Made by a program: the position numbers and the translations under genes. Of a stretch of DNA of 64,000 nucleotides, positions 20,605 through 29,459 are shown piece by piece. The notes under the pieces were generated by a model. That model did no database searches. It was not told the DNA's origin and saw nothing but the letters and a program-made list of their open reading frames with translations. This DNA comes from Nitrosopumilus sp. (GTDB taxonomy: Archaea; Thermoproteota; Nitrososphaeria; Nitrososphaerales; Nitrosopumilaceae), in the NCBI GenBank assembly GCA_965214775.1, contig OZ243974.1, positions 1,792,001 through 1,856,000 on the forward strand, written 5' to 3'. How positions within the stretch are numbered: the stretch's first letter is position 1; the number at the start of each line of letters is the position of its first letter.

Positions 20605-21795
20605 GTGGGTTTTCTAATAAAGAAACACAAAAGACACGAGGAGTATTTCAAGTACTGCCATGCTGCCCACACCCAAGAAGATGGGTTTCTCCTATCCAAT
20701 ATAGTTTCTTTGATCAATAGTTTGTTGCATAACTCGATTTTTTACTTGAATTCGTCCTAAATGATAAATCTGGATAAAAATCATAGTTGATTTTGGATCT
20801 ATTTATGATCGAGATCAGGAATTTTTTGACGAAAAAGGAAGTTATGCAACAAACTATTGATCAAGGAGAACCCGTGTCCTGTCCAGCAGGCCAATTCGGG
20901 GCCAGGACGTCCCACGATCCACAACAGGGACAAATTTGCCTGCCTGTGCATCTTGATGGTATGCTGGAACAAGCCATACCGCGACATGCAGAACCTTGCA
21001 GGGAGCCTGAAGCTGCCCTGGGACGAGCCCATACCGGATCACAATACCCTCGGCAGGTTCATGCAAAAGATTCCCCACAAGTGACTGGAGGAGATTGTGG
21101 CAGAGACTGCGCAAAGGTGCCTTGCCGGGTATGACCCCTCGACGCTCATGCTTGCAGCCGACAGCACCGGCGCCGTTACAGACAGAAACGACAAGGCCGA
21201 AAAGAGAAAGGATCTGGTGCCCAAGACCGGCAAAAAGGCCGAAATTACGCACGAATCGGGCGCAAAAAAGGCCGAAAGGATCAGAAAGGCCAAGCCCTAC
21301 AAAAAGTACATCAAATGGCACGTGGCAGCAGTCACGGGCCTGCAGGTCATACTGGCCTGCCGCATCACATCAGACAAGATGGCAGACACCACCATCCTAG
21401 AAGATCTCCTCAAGGGGATCAAGAGGATCGGCATCGGGTTCTCCGGCAGCATCTTCAATGCAGACAAGGGATATGACTCAGAGAAGAACGTAAGGCTCAT
21501 CATGGAATACGGAATGAAACCCAACATCAAGCAGAGGTCAAACGCAGTCAACGCCAAAACAAAGTACAGGAAAAAGGCAGCCGAGATGTTTGACGCCGAG
21601 GCCTACAAGAAGCGCTCGCTGATCGAGGGCATCTTCGGCGCAGAGGAGACAGAAGGCCACAGGCTGATGTGCAGGTTCAGAAAAGCAAACACCCGCAGGA
21701 GGTTCGGTCTGTGTAAGGCCATAGGATGGAACCTTGAGGTGTTAAACAGGATGGAGTGTGCCGCAAGGATTGGTGTGCCGGTGGAGGCAGCCTGA
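20605..21795 (+). pseudogene. IS5-family DDE transposase disrupted by a MITE and an in-frame TGA (21082-21084)
   Basis: Frame is open from GTG 20605 once the MITE and one TSD copy are removed; PDHNTL, ADSTG, NADKGYDSE, YKKRSLIEGIFG. Confidence 0.88.
20718..20856. mobile_element. 139-bp MITE with the TIR of the IS at 26605-28063
   Basis: TAGTTTGTTGCATAAC / GTTATGCAACAAACTA; 8-bp TSD TTGATCAA. Confidence 0.93.
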
Positions 21796-21827
21796 GGTGA
21801 ATTAGGTGACAACCCCGGTTTGTGGTG

Positions 21828-22379
21828 CTAGATGCCTATGCGTAAGCTGTCTGTGATGTAGATCAGATTGGTTCCATCCACCGTGTAGACTGCGGTTATC
21901 GTATACACAGCACCAGCCGCCACTCCGGAATGTCCACCCAGAACACCGCTGAATTGAGATGATGAGTTCTCAGCTACCGTGATCCCTCCTGCCGTATTTA
22001 GGCTTTCAACATCACCCTCCAATGGATGGTCGACGTTGCTGCCATCATCATAAGTTCTAGCAATTCCATCAAAGGTGGTCGGTGTAAAGTTATCATTGGG
22101 ATCAAGAGGATCAGCATACAGTATCTCATTTCCAACAAGTCCATCCAAGGTAACCACCAACACACGAATATCTTGACTGCCCGTGTTTTTTACCGTGGCC
22201 TCGGCTACCAATTGAGTCGGAAGACCCTGCGTGGCAGTGCCCTCTATGAACACGGTCTCTGCCGCGCCCTCTCCTGCAAGGTCGCCCAGCACTCCTCCTG
22301 CGATTAGTGCACCGGCACCTCCGGCGATGACGACAACAACCCCGATCCATACGACGTTTTCTTTCGTTACCTGTACCAT
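21828..22379 (-). CDS. Pilin-like membrane-anchored surface protein
   Basis: Short charged leader, long Gly/Val/Ala hydrophobic helix, ATVKNTGS motif, beta-rich body ending in YTITAV. Confidence 0.65.
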   Translation of the reverse strand: MVQVTKENVVWIGVVVVIAGGAGALIAGGVLGDLAGEGAAETVFIEGTATQGLPTQLVAEATVKNTGSQDIRVLVVTLDGLVGNEILYADPLDPNDNFTPTTFDGIARTYDDGSNVDHPLEGDVESLNTAGGITVAENSSSQFSGVLGGHSGVAAGAVYTITAVYTVDGTNLIYITDSLRIGI

Positions 22380-22510
22380 TGAACCTGCAAATTCGTTTTG
22401 CATATAAACACGCAAATTGACTGCATGTGTCGGATTGTATTGCAATGTGAAACGGAATTGAGACCACGGATCATTGCGCGGTTAAATTGTTGGATGTATC
22501 GTGATGGTGA

Positions 22511-22708
22511 ATGTGTGATAATCGCTTAAGAAATGCATGGAGAGTGGTGGTTGCTGGAGTTGCAGTCCTGTCTCTAGGCGCCATTTCATTCTTGTTTTTT
22601 GGCGAAGGGCTGACATTAGAAAAACTTGGTACGGTTGGTATAGTATATGGCGTAGTTCTTCTTAACATCGGCATAGCAGTAATGGTTTCAAAATCCCCCA
22701 ATCGCTAA
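22511..22708 (+). CDS. Small two-TM membrane protein
   Basis: Two hydrophobic helices; paralog at 24305-24541; GGTGA upstream of ATG. Confidence 0.7.
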   Translation: MCDNRLRNAWRVVVAGVAVLSLGAISFLFFGEGLTLEKLGTVGIVYGVVLLNIGIAVMVSKSPNR

Positions 22709-22805
22709 AACCGTGGTGACCCGGCCACACGTGGCCACGCTTCCTGAATGCCGCCTGTTCGCCCGGCCGCATTCATGAGCCGCAGGCAGGATCCAACAAA
22801 CCCCG

Positions 22806-23396
22806 CTATGATCCTTCCAGGTCTTCAATTGCCTTGATCATCTCCTCGATTGGTGGATTCTGGCCCAGTTGTATACATCTAAGGTCGTTCTCCTCACACC
22901 CTACCGCGTTTTCCCTGTCTTCTGTGACCAGAATCATTCCGTGCTTCTCGGCGTATTTCAGGACAGAAAAGTCGGATCTGAGAGGGAGCCCCTTGAAGCG
23001 TAACTTTCTCACGCTCTGCACCTCATATCCCCGCTCTGCCAGCCTCGAATCATACCCGTCGTACATCTCGTCTACCAAGATTGCCGTCTTTGACGTTCTG
23101 GCCGGCCCTTGCCTTACCTTTATTTTGAAACCGGCTATAGTTGCCACGACCGTAGTGAATACAATGATGGCTGTGCCGATTGTGACCTGACCCCATCCCC
23201 ACTCCCTGATGGCTTCAGAAAGGTTCTGCGCGTTGCCGGTATCCGTCGTCCCTGTATGGCCGATTCCCAGCCCTGCACTGAACAGTTCCAGAGAAAACCC
23301 GTTGGCAGTCATGACCGCCCCAAACGCAACCAAGGCAGTCGCTATCACCTGCAGGATGACGAGATGCTTCTGGAACCGTTGCTCTGCTTCATTCAT
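22806..23396 (-). CDS. Two-TM protein fused to a DUF5615-like PIN domain
   Basis: N-terminal half has two hydrophobic helices; C-terminal half ILVDEM…D..VLKYAEKHGMILVTEDR. Confidence 0.75.
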   Translation of the reverse strand: MNEAEQRFQKHLVILQVIATALVAFGAVMTANGFSLELFSAGLGIGHTGTTDTGNAQNLSEAIREWGWGQVTIGTAIIVFTTVVATIAGFKIKVRQGPARTSKTAILVDEMYDGYDSRLAERGYEVQSVRKLRFKGLPLRSDFSVLKYAEKHGMILVTEDRENAVGCEENDLRCIQLGQNPPIEEMIKAIEDLEGS

Positions 23397-23444
23397 GGCC
23401 TAACCACGTACCCATGTCTATTTTAACGTGGTTTGGCAGGCGGC

Positions 23445-23552
23445 CTTCCCAGAAGCTTCAGTTTCCCCGGTTTTTACAGCTTGGTCCTCAGGGCGGGCTG
23501 GTTCTAGGCTCAAAACTTCCCAGAAGCTTCAGTTTCCCCGGTTTTTACAGCT
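23445..23552. repeat. Two perfect 37-bp direct repeats separated by 34 bp
   Basis: CTTCCCAGAAGCTTCAGTTTCCCCGGTTTTTACAGCT at 23445-23481 and 23516-23552. Confidence 0.9.
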
Positions 23553-23801
23553 GCGACACCACTTGGCGTTGCCGTATTTTTCCCTGATTTGGCTTTCCCT
23601 GTCATGCCTGCAATGATAGTAAGCAGAGTTTGCCGACTCCGGTTTTAACAGATTCATAAATTCTGTGTTAAGGTGTCCGCATCTGCGATGATGTATTTTG
23701 CTTCTTGATATCGGTTTTCTGACTATCAGCACGATATCCATAGGCGAGATCTCGTCAAACTGCTGCCTGCCTGTGATTTCATTCAATCCCATCCACCCCA
23801 T
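23529..23801 (-). CDS. Small putative zinc-binding protein
   Basis: IHHRRC…WCRSC (HxxxC…CxxC) pattern. Confidence 0.6.
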   Translation of the reverse strand: MGWMGLNEITGRQQFDEISPMDIVLIVRKPISRSKIHHRRCGHLNTEFMNLLKPESANSAYYHCRHDRESQIREKYGNAKWCRSCKNRGN

Positions 23802-24047
23802 GCCTTCTGAGGCTGCCCGACCCTGTCTGCAGGAATAGCACCAATCATCTTCACCATGCCAATTTCATGTTGGCATAAAAACACGTGTCTGGCATGATCA
23901 TGCGCAGGCCGAATGCCGGGATTTTTATAATACCGCCTCCAATATATCGTGAGTTCGCTCCTTGCGTCCTTGGTTTCGATCAGGATTGCAGGCCCCGCCG
24001 GGCATTATGCATGTGCCCGTTTTGCGAAGGCGGGGAGCTTTTTCCTT

Positions 24048-24121
24048 GGGGGTGTAGTTTAGACTGGATAGAATGCCAGATTCGCAACTGGAGATTGAGG
24101 GTTCGAATCCCTCCATCCCCT
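24048..24121 (+). tRNA. Degenerate tRNA-like gene, best read as pseudo-tRNA-Ala(CGC)
   Basis: Acceptor GGGGGTG/CATCCCC, D stem GTTT/GAAT, T arm GAGGG-TTCGAAT-CCCTC; anticodon arm CCAGA-TTCGCAA-CTGG lacks one base. Confidence 0.75.
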
Positions 24122-24304
24122 TGACTACCGAGAGGGGACATGATTACAAGGTCACCTAGAAGAGTTTCTTTCGTTACCTGTACCATTGATTCCGCAAAAC
24201 CGTTTTGCGTGTAAACACGCAAAAGTGTGGCGCGCAAGTGATTGTACCCAAATGGAATCATGGATCATGACGCGGTTAAATGGTTGGATGAATCCGGATG
24301 TTGA

Positions 24305-24541
24305 ATGTCTCGTAAGCACTCAAAATCCGCCTAGGGATTAATGATTGTTGGATTTGCAGGCCTGTCTATTGGCATCGTTTTGTTCTTGGACTTGTTTGAG
24401 CTGGGCAAAGAAAACATCGGTACGGTCTTAATGACGTCCGGAGGAGTCATCATCGGAATAGGTTCCGGGGCGTTGATTGCCTCAAGATCATCCAACCGGC
24501 AGAATCCGCCTGCCCGGCCGCGCAGAGTCACCCGTCTTTGA
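24305..24541 (+). pseudogene. Paralog of the two-TM protein 22511-22708, with TAG where the paralog has Trp (or restarted at ATG 24341)
   Basis: MSRKHSKSA*GLMIVGFAGLSIG aligns with MCDNRLRNAWRVVVAGVAVLSLG; ENIGTV aligns with EKLGTV. Confidence 0.65.
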
Positions 24542-24657
24542 CCTGTCATGCAGAAATCCACATGTGACTGCGATTTTCACGTCCAGACAGTGGTGAACGC
24601 TGCCTGATCCGCACCGGCCATCCCGTGCTTAAATGTCACGGCACATCGACACTGTAC

Positions 24658-24921
24658 ATGTCTCCCAGAAACCTCGTCACAATGATCAGCGCCGCCGGCG
24701 GCAAGGCGTGCGGCAGCTGGAGGCCATCCGTTGACAGGCTCCACTCCCCCCTGACGGTGCCGGCACTCGTAATCATGAGCCTGTACGTTGCGCTCCTCTC
24801 GTCCCTCGGCCTGATCGGGGATCCGGACTCGGAGCGGTACCTGATGGCCGCAAGCTACGGGATGATTCTTCTTGCAATCTGCATCGCGTGGTCGTGCGTC
24901 CTCAAACCGTCGCATGATTGA
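24658..24921 (+). CDS. Small two-TM membrane protein
   Basis: Two hydrophobic helices; TTAAAT box about 25 nt upstream of ATG. Confidence 0.5.
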   Translation: MSPRNLVTMISAAGGKACGSWRPSVDRLHSPLTVPALVIMSLYVALLSSLGLIGDPDSERYLMAASYGMILLAICIAWSCVLKPSHD

Positions 24922-25158
24922 ATCCGGCGGCCCAGGGCCGTGCGATGCACGCTCCCTCTATCCCGCACCACTTTTCTGAACACACAAATACTTGAACGGA
25001 TTCAGTTTGATGGTTGACTGACTGGGGCCTGGGGGTGTTCACCATGATATCCATAATAGACTTTATGCGTAATCGGCCCATCTGATCTAAAAATACGACA
25101 CAATAGATCATTATTTGCACACCAACAACCCTAAAGATCTGTATGATTCCCTAACTGT

Positions 25159-26409
25159 ATGGGCTCAAATGACAAGACTCTCCAAGCATTTCAAGCGTTA
25201 CAAGCGCAACACGAGATGCTAGTCGAGCAACACGAGATGCTAGTCGAGCAACACGAGCAGGTATCCAAGCAAAACAAACAGATGTCCAAGCAAAACGAGC
25301 GTATGAGGAAGCAGCTTGCGTTTGAGGACTCGTTGTGGCAGTCCGAAGAAAACAAGACAAAAAGAGTCGTGCGCGGCGGGACGCCTCTGCGGATGCACGC
25401 AATCGAGGTTGCAGACGGCATAATCGGCGATCCGGTGCGCCTTCGCAACGTCACGGGATGCACAAAGGAGTCATTTGAGATCATACTGGAGCGCTTTACG
25501 GAAGAAGTCATGGACGACGAGGACAGACCCCTGTTCTGGGAGGACGACGTAAGAGGCGGCGATGCCGGAAACCGGTGCAAGCTGTACATCAGGCACGCGC
25601 TGCTTGCAGTACTCATGAGCATAAGGACCAAGGCAACGCAGCATCATCTGGCCGCAACGTTTGACGTCGACCAGTCCACAATGTCCAGGTACCTCCGGTA
25701 CGGTGCCGTGTTACTGCGCCAGATCCTGCCTGCCTCCGAAAAGCTAACAAGCATCATCTGCAAGACCCCGGCAGGCAAGCTGGAGGAGGTGCTGATCCCA
25801 AAAAAGACGCTCCTGATTGACGGCACCCTGACTCCGGTAGACAGGCCCGGGGACAGGACCGCAAGAAAGACCAGATACTCGGGAAGAAAAAAGCGGCACA
25901 TGTTCAACACGATAATTACCTCGAACCTGGACGGCCTCATACTGCACTGCGGCAAGACTGTGGACGGAAGCGTCAACGACAAGGGCGTGATGAACGCAGG
26001 GGGCGGCCCGGACTTTGGAAGGCACACCGGATCAATGAGGAATGCAAAAAACGCAGACGATCCGGAAGAGGCGTTTGTGATTTACAGCGACCTGGGATTT
26101 GAGGGCATTCAAAAGATGCTTCCGGGCGCCATACACAGGCAGCCCCCAAAGAAGCCCAGGGACGGGGATCTTACTGCAACACAAAAGAGGCGCCGCAAGC
26201 AGATAAGCAGGGTTCGCGTCAGGGTGGAGCACCACATAGGGCGGCTCAAAAGATATGGCATTCTTACCATGCCGTTTGGCGGAACTGCCAAGGATCTCAA
26301 TTATTTCATGCAGATAATCACGGGTCTTGAGAACCTCAAGACGATGTTGAAAAGGAAAAAATACTATGGCCAGCTGCTGCAGCAGCTGCATCTGCTGCCA
26401 GACACATGA
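25159..26409 (+). CDS. DDE_Tnp_4 transposase with 21-bp N-terminal tandem repeats
   Basis: LAATFDVDQSTMSR HTH, LLIDGT, YSGRKKRH, YSDLGF, RVRVEHHIGRLK. Confidence 0.92.
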   Translation: MGSNDKTLQAFQALQAQHEMLVEQHEMLVEQHEQVSKQNKQMSKQNERMRKQLAFEDSLWQSEENKTKRVVRGGTPLRMHAIEVADGIIGDPVRLRNVTGCTKESFEIILERFTEEVMDDEDRPLFWEDDVRGGDAGNRCKLYIRHALLAVLMSIRTKATQHHLAATFDVDQSTMSRYLRYGAVLLRQILPASEKLTSIICKTPAGKLEEVLIPKKTLLIDGTLTPVDRPGDRTARKTRYSGRKKRHMFNTIITSNLDGLILHCGKTVDGSVNDKGVMNAGGGPDFGRHTGSMRNAKNADDPEEAFVIYSDLGFEGIQKMLPGAIHRQPPKKPRDGDLTATQKRRRKQISRVRVRVEHHIGRLKRYGILTMPFGGTAKDLNYFMQIITGLENLKTMLKRKKYYGQLLQQLHLLPDT

Positions 26410-26670
26410 CATACGGCGGTACGGACCGCCATTCTTTCTGACTTGTCAAAGGGGCACATTGCCGTGCTGCATGGTTGCGCACGTTCTTTTGGCGCAACTG
26501 GCTTTTACGTGCGTCATGACACGAGATGCATGCGGTAATTTGATCCGATCAGCGCATTTGCGTTTGGAAAAGCCTACGGAATTTTTAATCACGGTCGATT
26601 ACGCTAGTTTGTTGCATAACTCCGACTAGAGCCAAGTCAGTCCGCCCGGATCACTACTGGCACCAGGTTC

Positions 26671-27957
26671 CTACACGGCAGCCACCGCCTCTGCTATCCA
26701 CTTGTTGTACAGCCATATCCTCAGCTTTACTTCCTGCACTATATTGGACCACTTGAGGGCCATTACGCATTCGCCGAACATACGCTTTATGGCCGATATC
26801 ACGATCTCGACGATCCATCTGCTGCCAAAGCCGACCGTGCTCTTCCAGTACCGCAGGTTCTCCTGTCTTTCCTCCTTTGAGAGATCACCCACAGGCACCT
26901 CGGGGCCGCCCCCGAGCTGCCATCGCACCAGCCGGCCCCACTTGTCGCCGGTGCCCTTGCCCTTTGCATTGCAACTTGTCAAAAGCCGTATGAGTGGTTT
27001 TATGCCGCGTTTGTGGCACTCGGCTACGTTTTTCCTTGAGCCGTATGCGCCGTCTGCAAGCAGGATCTTTCCCGGTATATCTGGATTCGCGCCGGTGCCG
27101 AGTACAGCCAGCGGCGATGTCCCGTCTGCAAGCATGTTGGGGATCTTGACTGTATCCGCGCTGTCGGTGCGGCTCTGCTCCTCTTCCTTCTTGATGTTCT
27201 TGACTGTATCCGCGCTGTCGGTGCGGCTCTGCTCCTCTTCCTTCTTGATGTTCTTGACTGTATCCGCGCTGTCGGTGCGGCTCTGCTCCTCTTCCTTCTT
27301 GATGTTCTTGACTGTATCCGCGCTGTCGGTGCGGCTCTGCTCCTCTTCCTTCTTGATGTTCTTGACTGCATCCGCGCTGTCGGTGCGGCTCTGCTCCTCT
27401 TCCTCCTCTTCCTTCTTGATGTTCTTGACTGCATCCTCAAGCAGTGCCGGCAGTTCCGTGCTGTCGCCGATTGCATCACTTGTGACAGATACTGCCAGCA
27501 CCTGCTTGGTGTCTGCATCGACCATCAGGTGCATCTTGACAAATCCGCGCCTTACCTTCCATTTCTTGCATATCCACTCGCCCCGGTTGTGCTGCTTGAG
27601 GCCAGTGGCATCGGCTATCATGACCAGGTTGCGGGACTTGTCGCGCACCGTGATTATGTTCTCTGCAATGTCGACGTCAAGCTTCTGTATCCTTCTGAAT
27701 ATCGTGGTGTAACACGGCGAGTCCGCACCCTTTAGCATCTCCCCGAGCATACCTGACAGCTGCCTGTACTTTAGCATGAATGCGGTCCTGAGGGCGGCTG
27801 CGGCCATTATCATGCCTTCTGCATACAGGAACGGGGCGCCCTCCTTGTGGCGGTTGGCAGCCTTGAGATCCTTCTCCCAGTCCGGGTTGTACTTGACGAC
27901 CAGGCCTGCCCCTCTCTCTACGTACTTTGCATTATCCGTGCGTGTCAATGTATACAA
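26671..27957 (-). CDS. IS5/IS903-like transposase with internal 18-aa repeat x5
   Basis: IADATGLK…GEW…KMHLMVD, LADGAYGS, RWIVEIVISAIKRMFG. Confidence 0.9.
   Translation of the reverse strand: MYTLTRTDNAKYVERGAGLVVKYNPDWEKDLKAANRHKEGAPFLYAEGMIMAAAALRTAFMLKYRQLSGMLGEMLKGADSPCYTTIFRRIQKLDVDIAENIITVRDKSRNLVMIADATGLKQHNRGEWICKKWKVRRGFVKMHLMVDADTKQVLAVSVTSDAIGDSTELPALLEDAVKNIKKEEEEEEQSRTDSADAVKNIKKEEEQSRTDSADTVKNIKKEEEQSRTDSADTVKNIKKEEEQSRTDSADTVKNIKKEEEQSRTDSADTVKIPNMLADGTSPLAVLGTGANPDIPGKILLADGAYGSRKNVAECHKRGIKPLIRLLTSCNAKGKGTGDKWGRLVRWQLGGGPEVPVGDLSKEERQENLRYWKSTVGFGSRWIVEIVISAIKRMFGECVMALKWSNIVQEVKLRIWLYNKWIAEAVAAV
27146..27432. repeat. 54-bp tandem repeat, about 5 copies, in frame within the transposase
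   Basis: Unit TTGACTGTATCCGCGCTGTCGGTGCGGCTCTGCTCCTCTTCCTTCTTGATGTTC (VKNIKKEEEQSRTDSADT). Confidence 0.95.
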
Positions 27958-28081
27958 TACGAGGCATCCTCATGATCCATTACTTTTTCGGTCAGAATTA
28001 GTTGATCATTCCGGTGATTTTCAGTAAAGTTTCAAATTTTAGGCAGGGTTATGCAACAAACTAGATTACGCATAAAGTCTA

Positions 28082-28750
28082 TTAGTGGTGTCCCAAAAGG
28101 GAATAGAGGCAGTCGAGGACTACCTGTTGGGAAGATACCACATGTACAAGGGAGTGTATTACCACAAAACCATCCGCTGCATGGAAAATATGCTGATCAA
28201 TACATTCAAGCGCGCGTCTGCCCTGAGCAAAGAACGCAACAAGATAGCAGACATTACGAAGCCGGTCACACCCGACATGATGCTTCCTCTGGACGATCAT
28301 ACGTGCAATTGGGCTATACGCGATTGGAGCAAGTCATCAGATAAGATCCTAAGTGATCTGTCCAAGCGCCTGATCGATAGGAAGCTGTTGAAGACGCATC
28401 AGATTACCAAAGACGAAGTGATCAAGACGTCGTTGAACAAATGGTCAGAGATTGAAAAGGCGTTCAAAAAGAGAAAGCTCAATTTTGAGTATTATTTTAT
28501 ACAAGATGCCAAGAAAGAATCCGGTTACGATCCGTACGCTGCCACAAATCCCGATGATGAGCAGACTGCGATAAGCCACATCATGATCAATACAAAACTA
28601 GGAGAGCTAAAAGAGATATCAGAGGTATCATCCATAGTCAAGGCAATAAGCCGAGAAGACCGCAGTTCAGTCAGGATCTTTTATCCGGAAGAACTTTCAC
28701 ATGAGATGGACAAAATGCTTACCGGTAGCTTAAATACCGGCAATGGGTAA
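28082..28750 (+). pseudogene. C-terminal half of an HD-superfamily dNTP triphosphohydrolase (YwfO/SAMHD1-like); 5' half lost at the IS end
   Basis: AVEDYLLGRYHMYKGVYYHKTIR, LDD, ILSDLSKRLIDRKLLK; catalytic H…HD motifs absent. Confidence 0.85.
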
Positions 28751-28752
28751 CG

Positions 28753-29292
28753 GTGGATGGCAACATGGCAATAATTGATGACGTGGGACTGTTATGCCTG
28801 ATGATTGATGGCAATGCCAACAAAGAGATCATAGGAAGAACCAGACTGCAGAAGATAGGATACTTTTGCAGGTATCTGGACTGGAACATCAGGGATTACA
28901 GGCTACACTATTATGGGCCGTTCTCCCTTGCGCTTGCAGACACGGTGGAGACTGCAGAGTCGATCAAATTGATCAGTCAGAGCGCAGACACGCCGCATAG
29001 ATTAAGGCTGACGGGCAAGGGAGAAGACCTGGTACGTAAATTTGAAGACAACGTATGTGATCCCACAAAGGTGAAAAAGACGCGAGATCTTGTAAAGCTC
29101 CTGTCGGGATGGGAGATCAAGGAGCTTGAGCTTGCCGCAACCATTGACTTTGTGGGCAGAAACGAGAGGGATCTTGCAAAGGCCAAGCTGTTGGACAAGG
29201 TGGGCATGATAAAGAAGAACTTTTCTCCCAAACAAATCCAGGATGCATACAAAAAATGGAAAGAGATCATGGCATCCATAGGCAATGCATGA
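28753..29292 (+). CDS. YwgA/SocA(Panacea)-like protein
   Basis: GRTRLQKIGYF, YRLHYYGPFS, LELAATIDF; starts 2 nt after the HD gene stop. Confidence 0.8.
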   Translation: MDGNMAIIDDVGLLCLMIDGNANKEIIGRTRLQKIGYFCRYLDWNIRDYRLHYYGPFSLALADTVETAESIKLISQSADTPHRLRLTGKGEDLVRKFEDNVCDPTKVKKTRDLVKLLSGWEIKELELAATIDFVGRNERDLAKAKLLDKVGMIKKNFSPKQIQDAYKKWKEIMASIGNA

Positions 29293-29321
29293 TCACACAA
29301 AACGTGCATACAGATTCCTAT

Positions 29322-29438
29322 AGACTTTATGCGTAATCGGTTCAGATCCAGGGTTGTTACGAACAAATTCGTCTCATTCAGGTCGATTACGCATAAAGTC
29401 TAATAATCCAAGATCTACACGGATTACGCATAAAGTCT
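29322..29438. mobile_element. ISL2-type MITE (29322-29400) followed by an extra right TIR (to 29438)
   Basis: AGACTTTATGCGTAATCG…CGATTACGCATAAAGTCT…GATTACGCATAAAGTCT; interior is the reverse complement of 6818-6897. Confidence 0.85.
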
Positions 29439-29459
29439 TATGTTTACCGACTCGCTATT

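Larger units (their letters stand above)
20537..21816 (+). mobile_element. IS5-family element (inactivated)
   Basis: TIR GGGGTTGTAGCCTAATT / AATTAGGTGACAACCCC around a DDE transposase. Confidence 0.85.
26605..28063 (-). mobile_element. IS5-family (IS903-like) element nested in the ISL2-like TIR
   Basis: 16-bp TIR TAGTTTGTTGCATAAC; 8-bp TSD GATTACGC (26597-26604 and 28064-28071). Confidence 0.93.
25058..28080 (+). mobile_element. ISL2-like (IS5, DDE_Tnp_4) element whose right TIR is split by a nested IS
   Basis: Left TIR AGACTTTATGCGTAATCG; right TIR CGATTACGC|ATAAAGTCT interrupted at 26604/28064. Confidence 0.88.

Noticed and set aside
9750-24334. Genome-wide stop-codon reassignment suggested by in-frame TAG/TGA (9750, 13754, 21082, ~24329)
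   Set aside because: Core genes end normally in TAG or TGA (rps13, rpoH, accC, rpoB), no suppressor tRNA is visible, and two of the cases fit simple TGG-to-stop mutations.
27146-27432. Regular repeats resembling a CRISPR array
   Set aside because: Head-to-tail 54-bp units with no unique spacers, in frame inside a transposase.
26702-27712. 336-aa plus-strand ORF and similar long antisense ORFs (53735-54568, 60329-61084, 61444-62181)
   Set aside because: Shadows of well-supported genes on the opposite strand.
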